Notes under the pieces: model-generated
Databases searched by the model: none
The model's input: the letters and a program-made list of their open reading frames with translations, nothing else
Told to the model about the DNA's origin: nothing
Program-made: the position numbers and the translations under genes
In this document: positions 1 through 11,259 of the stretch, in pieces
Layout: each line of letters begins with the position of its first letter
Position numbering within the stretch: the first letter of the stretch is position 1
Origin: Acidimicrobiales bacterium
GTDB taxonomy: Bacteria; Patescibacteriota; Minisyncoccia; Phycocordibacterales; UBA918
Length of the DNA stretch: 64,000 nt
Assembly (NCBI GenBank): GCA_047638595.1
Contig: JBLIMJ010000001.1
Coordinates: forward strand, 7,768 to 71,767
Direction of reading: 5' to 3'

Positions 1-1112
1 ATCCTGCACATCTTCAGCGAGATGTAGAACGTGCATTAAAGGCAAGGCAATTGTCAGGGTGTACTCTTGTAAAGAAGCTGTATTCAAACTGGGTACACTA
101 TTGAAGAATCGAATTTTTTTATCTGGGAACAATAGATACATGCGATTACCGATAAAGGAAATACGTATGTTTTTCTTTTTATCTTTCCACCAATCATACA
201 GATCACTCATGAAGTCTGTCGATAAAACATATCGAGCCTCAGCCTCATCAGTCGTTGCTACATGCAAGAGATTTTCAAAGTCATTCCACTCAAGAATGGT
301 CTCAACAGCACCAGTATCACGCAACCCGCTGAAGAAGGTACGATGTCCAAACCCTTTTTTGTCTCCCTCTGTTGAAATAAAGGTTTTTCCTTTTAAGGTT
401 TTAGTTAGATCTAATGAGCAAAAATATCCTTTGAATATTTTTTTAACTGATTTATGTTTCCCGCTTCCAGTCACATGTTTTAGTTCAAGTTCTGCAACAA
501 ACAACGCTTTTCCATCAATAGTCAGATTCATCATGTCATCACTCATCACCCTGTTGTGTGGTTCAGTTACTAGTTCTGAATGATTAAGGAGGTCCGAAAC
601 TTGATTATCTTCAGTAGACTTCGTTACCTTTTGAACACCTGTAAATGAGTTGATATCTTTTACCCAGAATGCCCCACCTTTCTCTGAGGAATCTTCAAAT
701 GTTTTCGTAGCCTGAGTGCCATCCAGACCAAATGTTGAAAATACTTTGGAGAAAATTAAAGCATTAAGCTGAGTATTAAATCTCTTAACCACCCCTTCCC
801 CGTCTCTCAATAGATAAATACCTCGCCCAATAAGACCTAACGAAACTGGAAGTATCACAATACCCAAAAATATAGCCAAACCTTCACCAAAAACGGATGA
901 CCATACAACATCAGTAGTCTCTAGAAGAGTCACTATAAGGGCACCCCCTATAAATACCATACCCATTCCAGCACCTTGTCGTTTTTTGATTCGTTTATAT
1001 TTCTGCTCAAGGTGCCCCACCTCCTTATACACCTCGTTAGTAAAATCGCCCCAATTTTCACCTATAGTCGATTGGACAGATTCTTCAGTTGGAAATTTTT
1101 CTTTGAAATCCA
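1..1112 (-). CDS. Membrane protein, partial (runs off left edge); two N-terminal TM helices plus a C-terminal globular domain, possibly DUF3137-like
   Basis: Reverse-complement reading from the ATG at 1110-1112 gives MDFKEKFPTEES... with hydrophobic segments GMGMVFIGGALIVTLL and GLAIFLGIVILPVSLGLIG, then an uninterrupted frame to position 1. Not in the ORF track because its stop lies outside the window. The listed plus-strand ORF 59..583 is antisense to it. Confidence 0.35.
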
Positions 1113-1119
1113 TAGTCTA

Positions 1120-2019
1120 TTACATATCCATCCCTCGGAGTTTTGCAATGCGGTCCTCAGCTGGCGGATGAGTCTGGAATAATCCGCCTATTCTCTGCAT
1201 CATACTTCGCTTTTTTGCACCCTGGAATGGGTCGGAGATGAAGAGGTGTGCGGTGGCGTTTGAGGCGTGTTGCATTGGTTGCGCATGAGACGAAATTTTC
1301 TCAAGTGCGGACGCAAGGCCTTCAGGGTACCGCGTAAGTAATGCGCCCGTAGCATCAGCTACAAATTCACGTTTTCGGGAAATAGTCATTTTAATCAGCT
1401 GTGCAGCAATTGGTGCGAGAATAATACCCACGATAGCGATAATGAGAAATGCTGGGTGTCGATCTTTATTATTACCTCCTCCGAAAAACATCGAACGCAT
1501 CATAATATCAGCAATAATTGCAATGAAGCCTGCAAGCACTACAGCCACAGTCATAATCAGCATATCTCTGTTGCCAATATGAGCCATCTCATGCGCGACT
1601 ACTCCTTCAAGCTCACTTCGATCGAGTATCTGCATAAGGCCAGTAGTTACCGCTACCACCGCATTCTCTGGGTTACGTCCTGTTGCAAACGCATTTGGTG
1701 AAGGGTCTTGTACGATATAGACCTTTGGCATTGGTAGACCTGCGGTAATCGCAAGGTTTTCTACAATGTTGTACAGCTCTCGATTATCTTCAAGTGTTGC
1801 AGGCCTTGCGTGAGTCATCTTCAAAACTATTTTATCTGAGAACCAGTAGCTCCCCACGTTCATCACGAGTGCAAAAATCACTGCGATATACAGAAGTGCA
1901 GGTGTCTGCATATACCAAGCAACCCCATATCCCACAGCCATTACCAACACTAAAAACATCGCCATTAAAAACCACGTCTTTCTAATATTCTGTCCTTGAT
2001 GTGTATAGAGTGTTGCCAT
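1120..2019 (-). CDS. htpX: M48 zinc metalloprotease HtpX
   Basis: HEMAHIGNRD (HExxH) motif, four TM segments, and length and layout typical of HtpX. Confidence 0.85.
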   Translation of the reverse strand: MATLYTHQGQNIRKTWFLMAMFLVLVMAVGYGVAWYMQTPALLYIAVIFALVMNVGSYWFSDKIVLKMTHARPATLEDNRELYNIVENLAITAGLPMPKVYIVQDPSPNAFATGRNPENAVVAVTTGLMQILDRSELEGVVAHEMAHIGNRDMLIMTVAVVLAGFIAIIADIMMRSMFFGGGNNKDRHPAFLIIAIVGIILAPIAAQLIKMTISRKREFVADATGALLTRYPEGLASALEKISSHAQPMQHASNATAHLFISDPFQGAKKRSMMQRIGGLFQTHPPAEDRIAKLRGMDM

Positions 2020-2037
2020 AAGTTAGCTCTTAGTCTA

Positions 2038-2249
2038 TTAGTCCTTAGCTTTTAGTAAATTTGGTATAAACTTATCGAGCATCATCCGTATCTCAATAAG
2101 ATCAGGATCTAGTTTATCAAATTCCATTTCTGAAATAAAACCTAGTCGTTTAGATATAATGAGTTGGGTTTCAAGTTCTGAACTTGAACCGAAAGAAATT
2201 TTAAGAAAACGTATAAACTCACCAGCAGATTTGCGTTCATGCCCTAAGG
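2038..2249 (-). pseudogene. Truncated remnant of a four-helix-bundle (23S rRNA intervening-sequence type) protein gene
   Basis: Minus-strand frame reads PLGHERKSAGEFIRFLKISFGSSSELETQLIISKRLGFISEMEFDKL... This matches the C-terminal half of that family (GS.SELETQL motif). An in-frame stop sits 4 codons upstream and there is no ATG. Confidence 0.4.
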
Positions 2250-2261
2250 GCTAAATGCTAA

Positions 2262-2636
2262 CTATTCTTTAACTCCTTGAGGAGTTTCGTTACTTACATA
2301 CTCTTTGTCATCTGACCAGTGAAGGAAGTGTTTACTGTTATAGAAACCTTTTTTCTGCACGTTTTCCTCGATGGCGATTTGTACATCAGCTTCGGAAAAT
2401 CCCATAGTTGCCGTCAGAGCATCCAGCACCACCATAAGGTCAGCATACTCATCTAAGAAGTCAGTGCGCGTACGCACATGAGACAAAGCAGTTGCTTCTT
2501 CACGAATTTTTTTCAGAAGTTCTTGCTGAAACTCATTTTCATCAGTAATCTCACGAACCTCACACTGTTCGTCTTTGAGCTCAATAGTCTCTTTAATCTT
2601 GTCTCGTACGAGTTTGTTGTAAAATACTTTACTCAT
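2262..2636 (-). CDS. MazG-like all-alpha nucleoside triphosphate pyrophosphohydrolase
   Basis: 124 aa with an acidic EExxE-type motif (REEATALSH...DEYADLMVVLDAL), typical of small MazG/house-cleaning NTP-PPases. Confidence 0.45.
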   Translation of the reverse strand: MSKVFYNKLVRDKIKETIELKDEQCEVREITDENEFQQELLKKIREEATALSHVRTRTDFLDEYADLMVVLDALTATMGFSEADVQIAIEENVQKKGFYNSKHFLHWSDDKEYVSNETPQGVKE

Positions 2637-2705
2637 ATCAATATTTACTACATTATCTTGTTCAAAAAATGATGAAATACAGTAAAGCAGTTCACTATTT
2701 TCAGA

Positions 2706-3290
2706 CTAAAAATCGACTTTGACGACTTCTCGTTCTTCAGAACCTTCTTCTAGCTCAAAGTATTCACGTTCTTTAAAGCCAAACATATTTCCAATCATGT
2801 TTGATGGGAAAGACTGAAGTTTGATAGCTAAATCACGCACATTTGCGTTATAGAAGCGTCGTGCTGCTTGGATCTTGTTTTCAGTGTCTGAAAGTTCCGT
2901 TTGTAGCTGTCCAAAGTTTTGGTTTGCCTTTAAGTCTGGATATGCTTCAGCAATCATCATCAACTTCCCTAGTGACGCTGAAAGAGCACCCTCAGCACCT
3001 GCCATAGCGGTAATCTGCTCTGGGGTGATGTTTGAAGGATCTACGTGTACCTGTGTCGCTGCTGCACGTGCGTTCACTACTGCGTCAAAGGTCTCTCGTT
3101 CGTGTGATGCATATCCTTTTACGGTCTCAATAAGGTTTGGGATAAGGTCGTACCGACGTTTCAGTTGTACATCAATATCTGCCCATGCCTCAATCGCTCG
3201 TTGTGTCAGTTTTACAAATGCATTGTATATAGCAATTGCATACACAATGGTCACTACAATTATCCCTACTATAATCCATGTTGTGGTCAT
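2706..3290 (-). CDS. lemA: LemA family membrane protein
   Basis: N-terminal TM helix plus conserved LemA core (WADIDVQLKRRYDLIPNL...AEAYPDLKAN...RRFYNANVRD). Confidence 0.85.
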   Translation of the reverse strand: MTTTWIIVGIIVVTIVYAIAIYNAFVKLTQRAIEAWADIDVQLKRRYDLIPNLIETVKGYASHERETFDAVVNARAAATQVHVDPSNITPEQITAMAGAEGALSASLGKLMMIAEAYPDLKANQNFGQLQTELSDTENKIQAARRFYNANVRDLAIKLQSFPSNMIGNMFGFKEREYFELEEGSEEREVVKVDF

Positions 3291-3354
3291 ATATCAAAAA
3301 AGTTTATGTCTGTAATATGCTATTTATTCTATCATGCAATGAGTTTGGTACAAT

Positions 3355-3395
3355 CAAAAAAAAGGCCCAACAATTACATGGGCCTTTCTTAGCTC
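3355..3395 (-). terminator. Rho-independent terminator candidate
   Basis: aaaaaaaaggccca-N10-tgggccttt: a GC stem with an adjacent A/T run, immediately downstream of the minus-strand gene ending at 3411. Confidence 0.4.
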
Positions 3396-3410
3396 ATCAC
3401 CAACTGATGA

Positions 3411-3905
3411 CTAAGCTGCTTGTGCGAATAGTGCTTCAGCTCGATGAAAATATAGATTCCTTGATAGACACACAATAACTCCCATTTGGAGTTCGGTAAT
3501 TAAATTAAACCGACGTGCTAGCGCAATACAAAGAGCTTCGTCCCAAAGTGGTGGATATCCTGAGAAAGCGAGGAAATCACCAGTTGAAAGCCTTATTCCT
3601 CCAGGGTAAACGGGAGGGATGGCTTCGGGGTTCGCTATGGGAAAACTCGAAGTTTTTTCATCAGTCTCAAACATAGCGCTACACTTATTGAATGCGTTAT
3701 CCATGAAACGTTTCTCATCTACACCAGGATTGCCGATGACCGCAATTTGATGCCATGAGCCATCGTGGCCAAAGAAACACAATGCGCCACCGGAACGTTC
3801 AGTTTCTGCATCAAAAAGACTTGAGACCCCCTGGGTAACCACAACCATTTCACGTGTCAACCCAAGAGCTGATTTCAGTGAACCGCTAAATAAAGTACTT
3901 GTCAT
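3411..3905 (-). CDS. Hypothetical protein (164 aa)
   Basis: Clean ORF with no family recognised by eye. Confidence 0.3.
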   Translation of the reverse strand: MTSTLFSGSLKSALGLTREMVVVTQGVSSLFDAETERSGGALCFFGHDGSWHQIAVIGNPGVDEKRFMDNAFNKCSAMFETDEKTSSFPIANPEAIPPVYPGGIRLSTGDFLAFSGYPPLWDEALCIALARRFNLITELQMGVIVCLSRNLYFHRAEALFAQAA

Positions 3906-3974
3906 TGTATCTCCTCCTTGTAAGACAATGAATTTAAATAACTATGACATATATTTTGTTTTGATGTAAGTGAC

Positions 3975-4012
3975 AAAAATTAATTACGTAATTAATTACG
4001 TAATTAATTGTG
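3975..4012. promoter_or_regulatory. Overlapping tandem copies of the palindrome TAATTACGTAATTA in a promoter region
   Basis: aattaattacgtaattaattacgtaattaattg. A related copy aaattacgtaattact lies at 43986-44001, also upstream of a minus-strand gene. Confidence 0.4.
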
Positions 4013-4271
4013 GTATTAATTTTACAAGTGAAACTCCCCTGACAGTGTCAGGGGGGGGGTCTTCTGCTAACACTTCGTGCGACCTTCGGTCTGCCACTTC
4101 CATCACCAGACAGAGCCTGGTGTTTTCTTGTGACAGAATAAATAAAGGTCCGGTAATTCACCAATGTACACTCCAATTACATTACTTGAATTTGTGACTT
4201 CTACTATACTTGGAACACTAGTTCTCGATTTTCTAATAAGTTCAAGGGAGCCATCCGTATAAGTAAGCCAC

Positions 4272-4305
4272 ATAAACAAAAACCTAGCGATATATCGCTA
4301 GGTTT
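4272..4305. terminator. Perfect palindrome, bidirectional terminator candidate
   Basis: aaaaacctagcgata|tatcgctaggttttt, with T/A runs on both sides; downstream of groEL. Confidence 0.4.
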
Positions 4306-4435
4306 TTGTTTCCGTAATTTTCTTAAATTGCGTTAGATACGAGGTGAGTGAAAAAAATAATTTGGGGTGTACCTAATGGTACGTTGAAAATCATTATTTG
4401 AAACTCAACGAAGTAGCTGACGTGATTTGGGGAAA

Positions 4436-6124
<1,689 letters not shown>

Positions 6125-6128
6125 TTAA

Positions 6129-6440
6129 TTATCCGATTACTGCGAGAATACTTGACTCTCCAACGATAAAGTATTCCTTATCTTCAACTTTCACTTCATC
6201 GAACCCATATTTTGAATACACCACACGATCACCTGCTTTTACGTCCATAGGTATTCGTTTTTCACCATCTTCATCCCATTTTCCCGCGCCAACCACCACG
6301 ACCACACCTTCTCCTGCTTGTTCTTTCTTCGCTGACTCTGGAAGGATAATACCGGAAACCGAAACGTTTCCTGACTCTTGATCTGTCAACGCCCGAACGA
6401 CAACACGGTCAGCCAACGGTGTAATGTTTACTTCTGCCAT
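6129..6440 (-). CDS. groES: Co-chaperonin GroES (Cpn10)
   Basis: 103 aa, placed immediately upstream of groEL; typical GroES sequence (PLADRVVV...GIILPESAKKEQ...AGDRVVYSKYG). Confidence 0.95.
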   Translation of the reverse strand: MAEVNITPLADRVVVRALTDQESGNVSVSGIILPESAKKEQAGEGVVVVVGAGKWDEDGEKRIPMDVKAGDRVVYSKYGFDEVKVEDKEYFIVGESSILAVIG

Positions 6441-6507
6441 ACTGTTAACAATTATTTAATATATTTTCGCTAGTGCTTATCTATAATCATCCATAGACTA
6501 TAAAAAG

Positions 6508-6532
6508 TTACGCTTTTTATAGTAAGCGAGCC
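6508..6532. promoter_or_regulatory. 10-bp perfect inverted repeat upstream of groES
   Basis: ctataaaaag-ttacg-ctttttatag. No canonical CIRCE (TTAGCACTC-N9-GAGTGCTAA) was found in this upstream region. Confidence 0.3.
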
Positions 6533-7028
6533 TAATTATACGTCAGGAAAAATCTATTGCAATTGTTTTAAAATTACGTCATGACAAATAAGTAACACTC
6601 CGGCAATTCTACTTACTTTCAGGGAGGAAGTTATGAGTACGCTAAAATCGAACAACGCATAAAACGCTTTACCACTATCGGTTTGGTATTATTTTTTCAG
6701 GATTTTTGTCCATGCTGACATTTTTTGATGTTTCCCCTGGTCCCCACTTTGGATTTTCATACCCAGGTATTTTACACGAGATCTATGGGTGGATTATCTT
6801 TGTAGGCATGGTCTTCATAGTTCTAGGAACTGCCTGTTATGTTCTGGTCCAATTCTGACACGGGGATTTGACCATACTGAAAAGACAAAAGGAAAGACCC
6901 CCATCTGGGTAAAGTAAGAGTTCTATAAGTGCAGACACGCTGCCCTTACCGCTGCAGGAATCTACGGTTTTTCTTTTACCCGTTTATATCTTGCTATCGG
7001 CAACTCTTTCTGATATTATCTTGCCACA

Positions 7029-7270
7029 TGGAATTCATACAAAACGTAGTGCTTCCGATACTACCATTTGTACAAATCATACTCTCAATCCTACTGATAG
7101 CTGGAATAATGCTTCAATCACGTGGATCGAGTCTCGGTGGTGCATTCGGAGGCGACAACTTTAGTGCAACCTTTCACAAGCGACGAGGGAGCGAACAATT
7201 TCTGTTTCGTGCGTCTATTGTTCTTGCGATACTTTTCGTAGCAAGTACACTTCTTACAGTCATTTTCTAA
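7029..7270 (+). CDS. secG: Preprotein translocase subunit SecG
   Basis: MEFIQNVVLPILPFVQIILSILLIAGIMLQSRGSSLGGAFGG... is the typical SecG two-TM pattern with a Gly-rich loop. The ORF-track start at 6929 is probably too far upstream, so the internal ATG at 7029 is taken. Confidence 0.65.
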
Positions 7271-7340
7271 CACGCTTAATGCGTTGTTATTTCTGAACAG
7301 CTAATCAGTAATTTACAGTGCCTGAACATCTGTATTCTTT

Positions 7341-9086
7341 ATGAACTTACAAAATAAAACGGGCTCACGCTCACTCCTTACTCGTTATTTCTCGTTTCTA
7401 CAACGGCGAAGTTACGGTGACCGATTTTTATTCCACATTGCCCTTATTGCGGTGTTTGTTTCACTTTTTTACGTACTAGGTATCGTCAATACACAATATG
7501 TAACTTCGGTACCAAGCAACGGAGGAACTCTTGTTGAAGGTATTGTTGGTACTCCGCGTTTTGTAAATCCAGTATTGTCAATCACTCGTGCTGATCATGA
7601 TATGGTTGCACTTATATATAGTGGGTTGATGAAACTTAATGAAGAAGGTACCCTGGTCCCTGATCTTGCACAATCAATAGAAATTTCTGAAAATGGAAGA
7701 ACATACCACGTCACACTCAAACAAGATATTCGATTTCACAATAATGATATTCTCACTACTCGCGACTTTGCATATACCATTGCACTCATTCAAAATCCGG
7801 ACCTCAAAAGTCCATTGCGTGGAAACTGGGATGGTGTACTTATTGAAGAGTTAGGAGAATACGAATTCAATATTATTCTTGAGGAAGTGTATGCTCCTTT
7901 TATGGAAAACCTTACTGTAGGTATTTTACCTCGTTCATTATGGGATGAACTTCCAACTGAACAACTTCCCTTCAGTCAAAACAACACAGAGCCAATTGGT
8001 GCGGGTCCCTATAAAGTAAGTGACGTGCTACGCAACAAATCAGGGTTGATAAATGCATACGAGCTAACCGTATCACCCTATACAAATGAAAATCCAAACA
8101 TAGACACACTTGTGTTCAACTTTTATCAAAATGAAGAAGAATTATTGGAAGCTCTTGAAAACAAAGAAATTGCAAGCACGCCAAGCCTTTCACCAGAATC
8201 ACTCTCATTGATTGATACTGATACCTATACAATAGTTGAAAAACCACTTCCTCGAACATTTTCAATCTTTTTCAATCAAAATAAATCAAGCGCACTACGT
8301 GATAAATCAGTAAGAGAAGCCCTTAATGTAGCCATTGATCGGTCTGAACTTATCGACACCATACTCTTCGGACACGGTATCCCCATCTCAACCCCTGTGC
8401 CGCCAGGCTTTATTACGATAGAATCTGAGGACGCATCACCGATACTTAGTACTGATAACCAAACACGAACAGAACAAGCAAAAATAATCCTAGAAGGTGG
8501 CGGATGGACACAGACAGATAAGGGTACCTGGGAAAAGGAAATTGATGAGCAACCTACTACTTTGTCAGTTGTTCTCACCACAGCAAACACTCCCCTTTTT
8601 GACCAAACTGCAACATTTATTGTAAAACAGTGGGAGGCACTGGGGGTGCAGGTCAGTACAGATCAATTTGAACAAACTGATCTTGTTCAAGCAATTATTC
8701 GACCACGGAGTTTTGAAGCACTCTTATTTGGAAATGATATTGGTCGGTCAGTTGACCTCTATCCATTTTGGCATTCTTCACAAAAAGACGATCCTGGGCT
8801 CAATATTGCACAGTATGCAAATATTGATACCGATGCCCTGCTTGAGAAAATTCGCACACAAACAGATCAAACAGTTCGTGCTGAAGCAATCACTGAGTTT
8901 ACAAACATCATTACTGAAGAAATACCTGCAATCTTTCTCTATACCCCAACCTTCAGTTACGTCATCGATGCTGATGTCTCAATAAATGCCTTATACAAGC
9001 TGAGTAAACCGTACGAACGCTTTGAGAATATCGCTTCATGGCATATGACCGCAAATAACCTCTGGCCTGTATTTAACAACAATTAA
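7341..9086 (+). CDS. Extracellular solute-binding protein, family 5 (peptide/nickel-type ABC substrate-binding protein), N-terminally membrane-anchored
   Basis: 581 aa with an N-terminal TM, and size and motifs consistent with SBP_bac_5. No cognate permease or ATPase genes are adjacent. Confidence 0.55.
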   Translation: MNLQNKTGSRSLLTRYFSFLQRRSYGDRFLFHIALIAVFVSLFYVLGIVNTQYVTSVPSNGGTLVEGIVGTPRFVNPVLSITRADHDMVALIYSGLMKLNEEGTLVPDLAQSIEISENGRTYHVTLKQDIRFHNNDILTTRDFAYTIALIQNPDLKSPLRGNWDGVLIEELGEYEFNIILEEVYAPFMENLTVGILPRSLWDELPTEQLPFSQNNTEPIGAGPYKVSDVLRNKSGLINAYELTVSPYTNENPNIDTLVFNFYQNEEELLEALENKEIASTPSLSPESLSLIDTDTYTIVEKPLPRTFSIFFNQNKSSALRDKSVREALNVAIDRSELIDTILFGHGIPISTPVPPGFITIESEDASPILSTDNQTRTEQAKIILEGGGWTQTDKGTWEKEIDEQPTTLSVVLTTANTPLFDQTATFIVKQWEALGVQVSTDQFEQTDLVQAIIRPRSFEALLFGNDIGRSVDLYPFWHSSQKDDPGLNIAQYANIDTDALLEKIRTQTDQTVRAEAITEFTNIITEEIPAIFLYTPTFSYVIDADVSINALYKLSKPYERFENIASWHMTANNLWPVFNNN

Positions 9087-9113
9087 CAACCTTCACTACT
9101 ACCTAATGAGTAT

Positions 9114-11159
9114 TTGAGAGTATCAATGTCTTACATAGATTTTCTCAACTATTCATTACGAAGTATAATTAGAAATAATATTATGAACAACCAAAACGAA
9201 AATAAAGAAGTTATTCAGAAGCCTGCTCATGCGAGTACGGGTACAAGTACTAACCGAAACCAGAACAACCGAAACCGTCGCCCTGGGCAAGGTCGTCCAG
9301 CAGGTGCTGGCACACATACCCAGAAACGATCACAAAATGGTCAAAGTGGTAACGGTGGACCAAAGAAACGAGGACGTGGCGGAAAACGTAACAACCAGCG
9401 TCGTCGGAGCATGACCAATCCAGCACTAACACACCGAATGGCTGAAAAGGATCACAAAGCACCAATCATTCCTGAAGTGCTTGATGACGACACAGTGCGT
9501 ATCATTCCTATGTCAGGAGTAGAGCAAATCGGTCGCAATATGACCATAGTGGAAACAAAGGACGACATCATCATCTTTGATATCGGCTTCCAATTTGTAT
9601 CTCCAGAAGCAAATGCACCAGGGATTAACTACATCCTGCCAAATACACAATACCTTGAAGAACGAAAACATAAAATCCGTGCATTGGTGGTCACACACGG
9701 TCACCTTGATCACATTGGTGGTATTCCATTTGTGATGGAACGAATTGGCAATCCACCAATCTACACACAGTACCTCACCTCTTTGATGATACTTAAACGA
9801 CAAGAGGAGTTCCCACATCTAGATCCGGTAATCATGAATGTTATCAAAGAGGGTGATTCATTTACTGTAGGGAAAACAAAAATTGAAACATTTCCTGTTA
9901 CACACTCTATTCCTGACGCAATGGGTGTATCAGTAAAAACTAAGCATGGTGACGTGGTTATCACTGGTGACATCAAACTGACACATGAAGATGGTGAAGT
10001 TATTCCTGAAGAACGAAAAGATTGGGAGGGAGTCGGGAAAAACAAAAACCTTATTCTTGTGTGTGACTCTACAAACGCAGACCGAAGTGGTTGGTCAGCA
10101 CCAGAGGGAGCTGTGTTTACAAACCTTGAAGAAATTATTCAAAACGCAACAGGACGTCTCATTATTGGTACGTTTGCTTCGCAGTTTGATCGACTTATCA
10201 GTATCATTGGCGCTTGTGAAAAATCTGGTAAGAAAGTGGTAATGGAAGGACGATCTATTAAAACCAACATCGATATTGCATTAACTGCTAAGTTATTTGA
10301 GGTAAAGTCAGACACATTCATAAATGCTGGCGACATGGGTGACTACCCTACCGACCGCATTGTTATTCTCTCTACCGGAGCACAAGGTGAAGAATTTGCA
10401 GCGCTTATGCGTATGGCGACCGATAAACACAAATTCATCAACCTCACTGACCGAGATACTATTGTTCTCTCTTCTTCAGTTATTCCAGGTAACGAAATTG
10501 CAGTACAGAAACTTAAAGATAATATTTATCGAAAAAATGTCCGAGTAATTAACTATCGCTCTGCTGCAGTACACTCTTCAGGACATGGAAATGCAGGTGA
10601 ACTTATCTGGGTACAACAAACAGTGAAGCCTAAGTTCCTCCTGCCTGTACATGGACACCACTATCACCTCAAGAGTCATATGTATGCTTCTGTTGAAAAT
10701 GGTTTTCCAAAGGAAAACATTACCGTTCCTGACAATGGATCAATTATTGACATCGTCAATGGAGAACAAATGATTGTACAAAAAGTAAAAGCTCCTAGTG
10801 ACATTATCATGGTGGATGGATTCACCGTAGGTGCTCGACAAGAAGTAGTACTACGTGACCGTCAGTCACTCTCTGAAGACGGTATGTTTGTGATTATTGC
10901 AACAGTAAACACCAAGACTGGTAAGTTACGAAAGTCACCAGACATTATCTCTCGTGGGTTTGTCTACCTCCGTGAAAACCAACAGCTTCTTTCAGAAGCA
11001 CGTGTTCTCATCAAGCGAACGGTAGAGAAAAATACTGAGGGTATGCACCCAATTGATTTAGACATGGTGAAGGATGAACTTGCTGATACCATCAGCGGAT
11101 TCCTTATGCAAAAAACATCCAAAAGCCCAATGGTCATCCCCGTACTCATCGGCATTTAA
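9114..11159 (+). CDS. rnj: Ribonuclease J (metallo-beta-lactamase/beta-CASP) with a long basic low-complexity N-terminal extension
   Basis: HGHLDHIGG motif, beta-CASP region and C-terminal domain. The N-terminal roughly 130 aa are N/R/G/Q-rich (NRNQNNRNRRPGQGRPAGAG...KKRGRGGKRNNQRRRS). Confidence 0.85.
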   Translation: MRVSMSYIDFLNYSLRSIIRNNIMNNQNENKEVIQKPAHASTGTSTNRNQNNRNRRPGQGRPAGAGTHTQKRSQNGQSGNGGPKKRGRGGKRNNQRRRSMTNPALTHRMAEKDHKAPIIPEVLDDDTVRIIPMSGVEQIGRNMTIVETKDDIIIFDIGFQFVSPEANAPGINYILPNTQYLEERKHKIRALVVTHGHLDHIGGIPFVMERIGNPPIYTQYLTSLMILKRQEEFPHLDPVIMNVIKEGDSFTVGKTKIETFPVTHSIPDAMGVSVKTKHGDVVITGDIKLTHEDGEVIPEERKDWEGVGKNKNLILVCDSTNADRSGWSAPEGAVFTNLEEIIQNATGRLIIGTFASQFDRLISIIGACEKSGKKVVMEGRSIKTNIDIALTAKLFEVKSDTFINAGDMGDYPTDRIVILSTGAQGEEFAALMRMATDKHKFINLTDRDTIVLSSSVIPGNEIAVQKLKDNIYRKNVRVINYRSAAVHSSGHGNAGELIWVQQTVKPKFLLPVHGHHYHLKSHMYASVENGFPKENITVPDNGSIIDIVNGEQMIVQKVKAPSDIIMVDGFTVGARQEVVLRDRQSLSEDGMFVIIATVNTKTGKLRKSPDIISRGFVYLRENQQLLSEARVLIKRTVEKNTEGMHPIDLDMVKDELADTISGFLMQKTSKSPMVIPVLIGI

Positions 11160-11164
11160 CCTAA

Positions 11165-11238
11165 CTTAAGACATCCGATGTCTTAAGTATCAGACATAAA
11201 TAAACGGTAGACTCTTCGAGTCTACCGTTTATTTATGT
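11165..11238 (+). terminator. Two adjacent perfect hairpins (10-bp and 21-bp stems) downstream of rnj
   Basis: cttaagacat-ccg-atgtcttaag, then acataaataaacggtagactc-ttc-gagtctaccgtttatttatgt. The first shares its GACATCCGATGTC apex with the REP-like hairpin at 27979-28039. Confidence 0.5.
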
Positions 11239-11259
11239 TCCGCTCTGCGTACTGTCCCC

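Noticed and set aside
59-583. Plus-strand 174-aa ORF at the left edge
   Set aside because: It is antisense to a longer, better-supported minus-strand ORF (1..1112) with TM helices and an ATG at 1110-1112, and its own translation is low-complexity.
3970-4197. 75-aa plus-strand ORF in the intergenic region
   Set aside because: The translation (MTKINYVINYVINCGINF...) comes from reading through the TAATTACG tandem repeats and a G-run. No RBS or coding-like composition.
4100-4200. Possible RNase P or SRP RNA fragment (aaaggtccgg)
   Set aside because: The resemblance to the GGAAAGUCCGG (RNase P) or GGUCCGGAAGG (SRP) cores is limited to about 9 nt with an indel, and no further conserved helices could be traced.
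6441-6930. CIRCE/HrcA operator upstream of groES
   Set aside because: Only a partial match (ctagtgctta) is present. The full inverted repeat TTAGCACTC-N9-GAGTGCTAA is absent, so CIRCE is not called.
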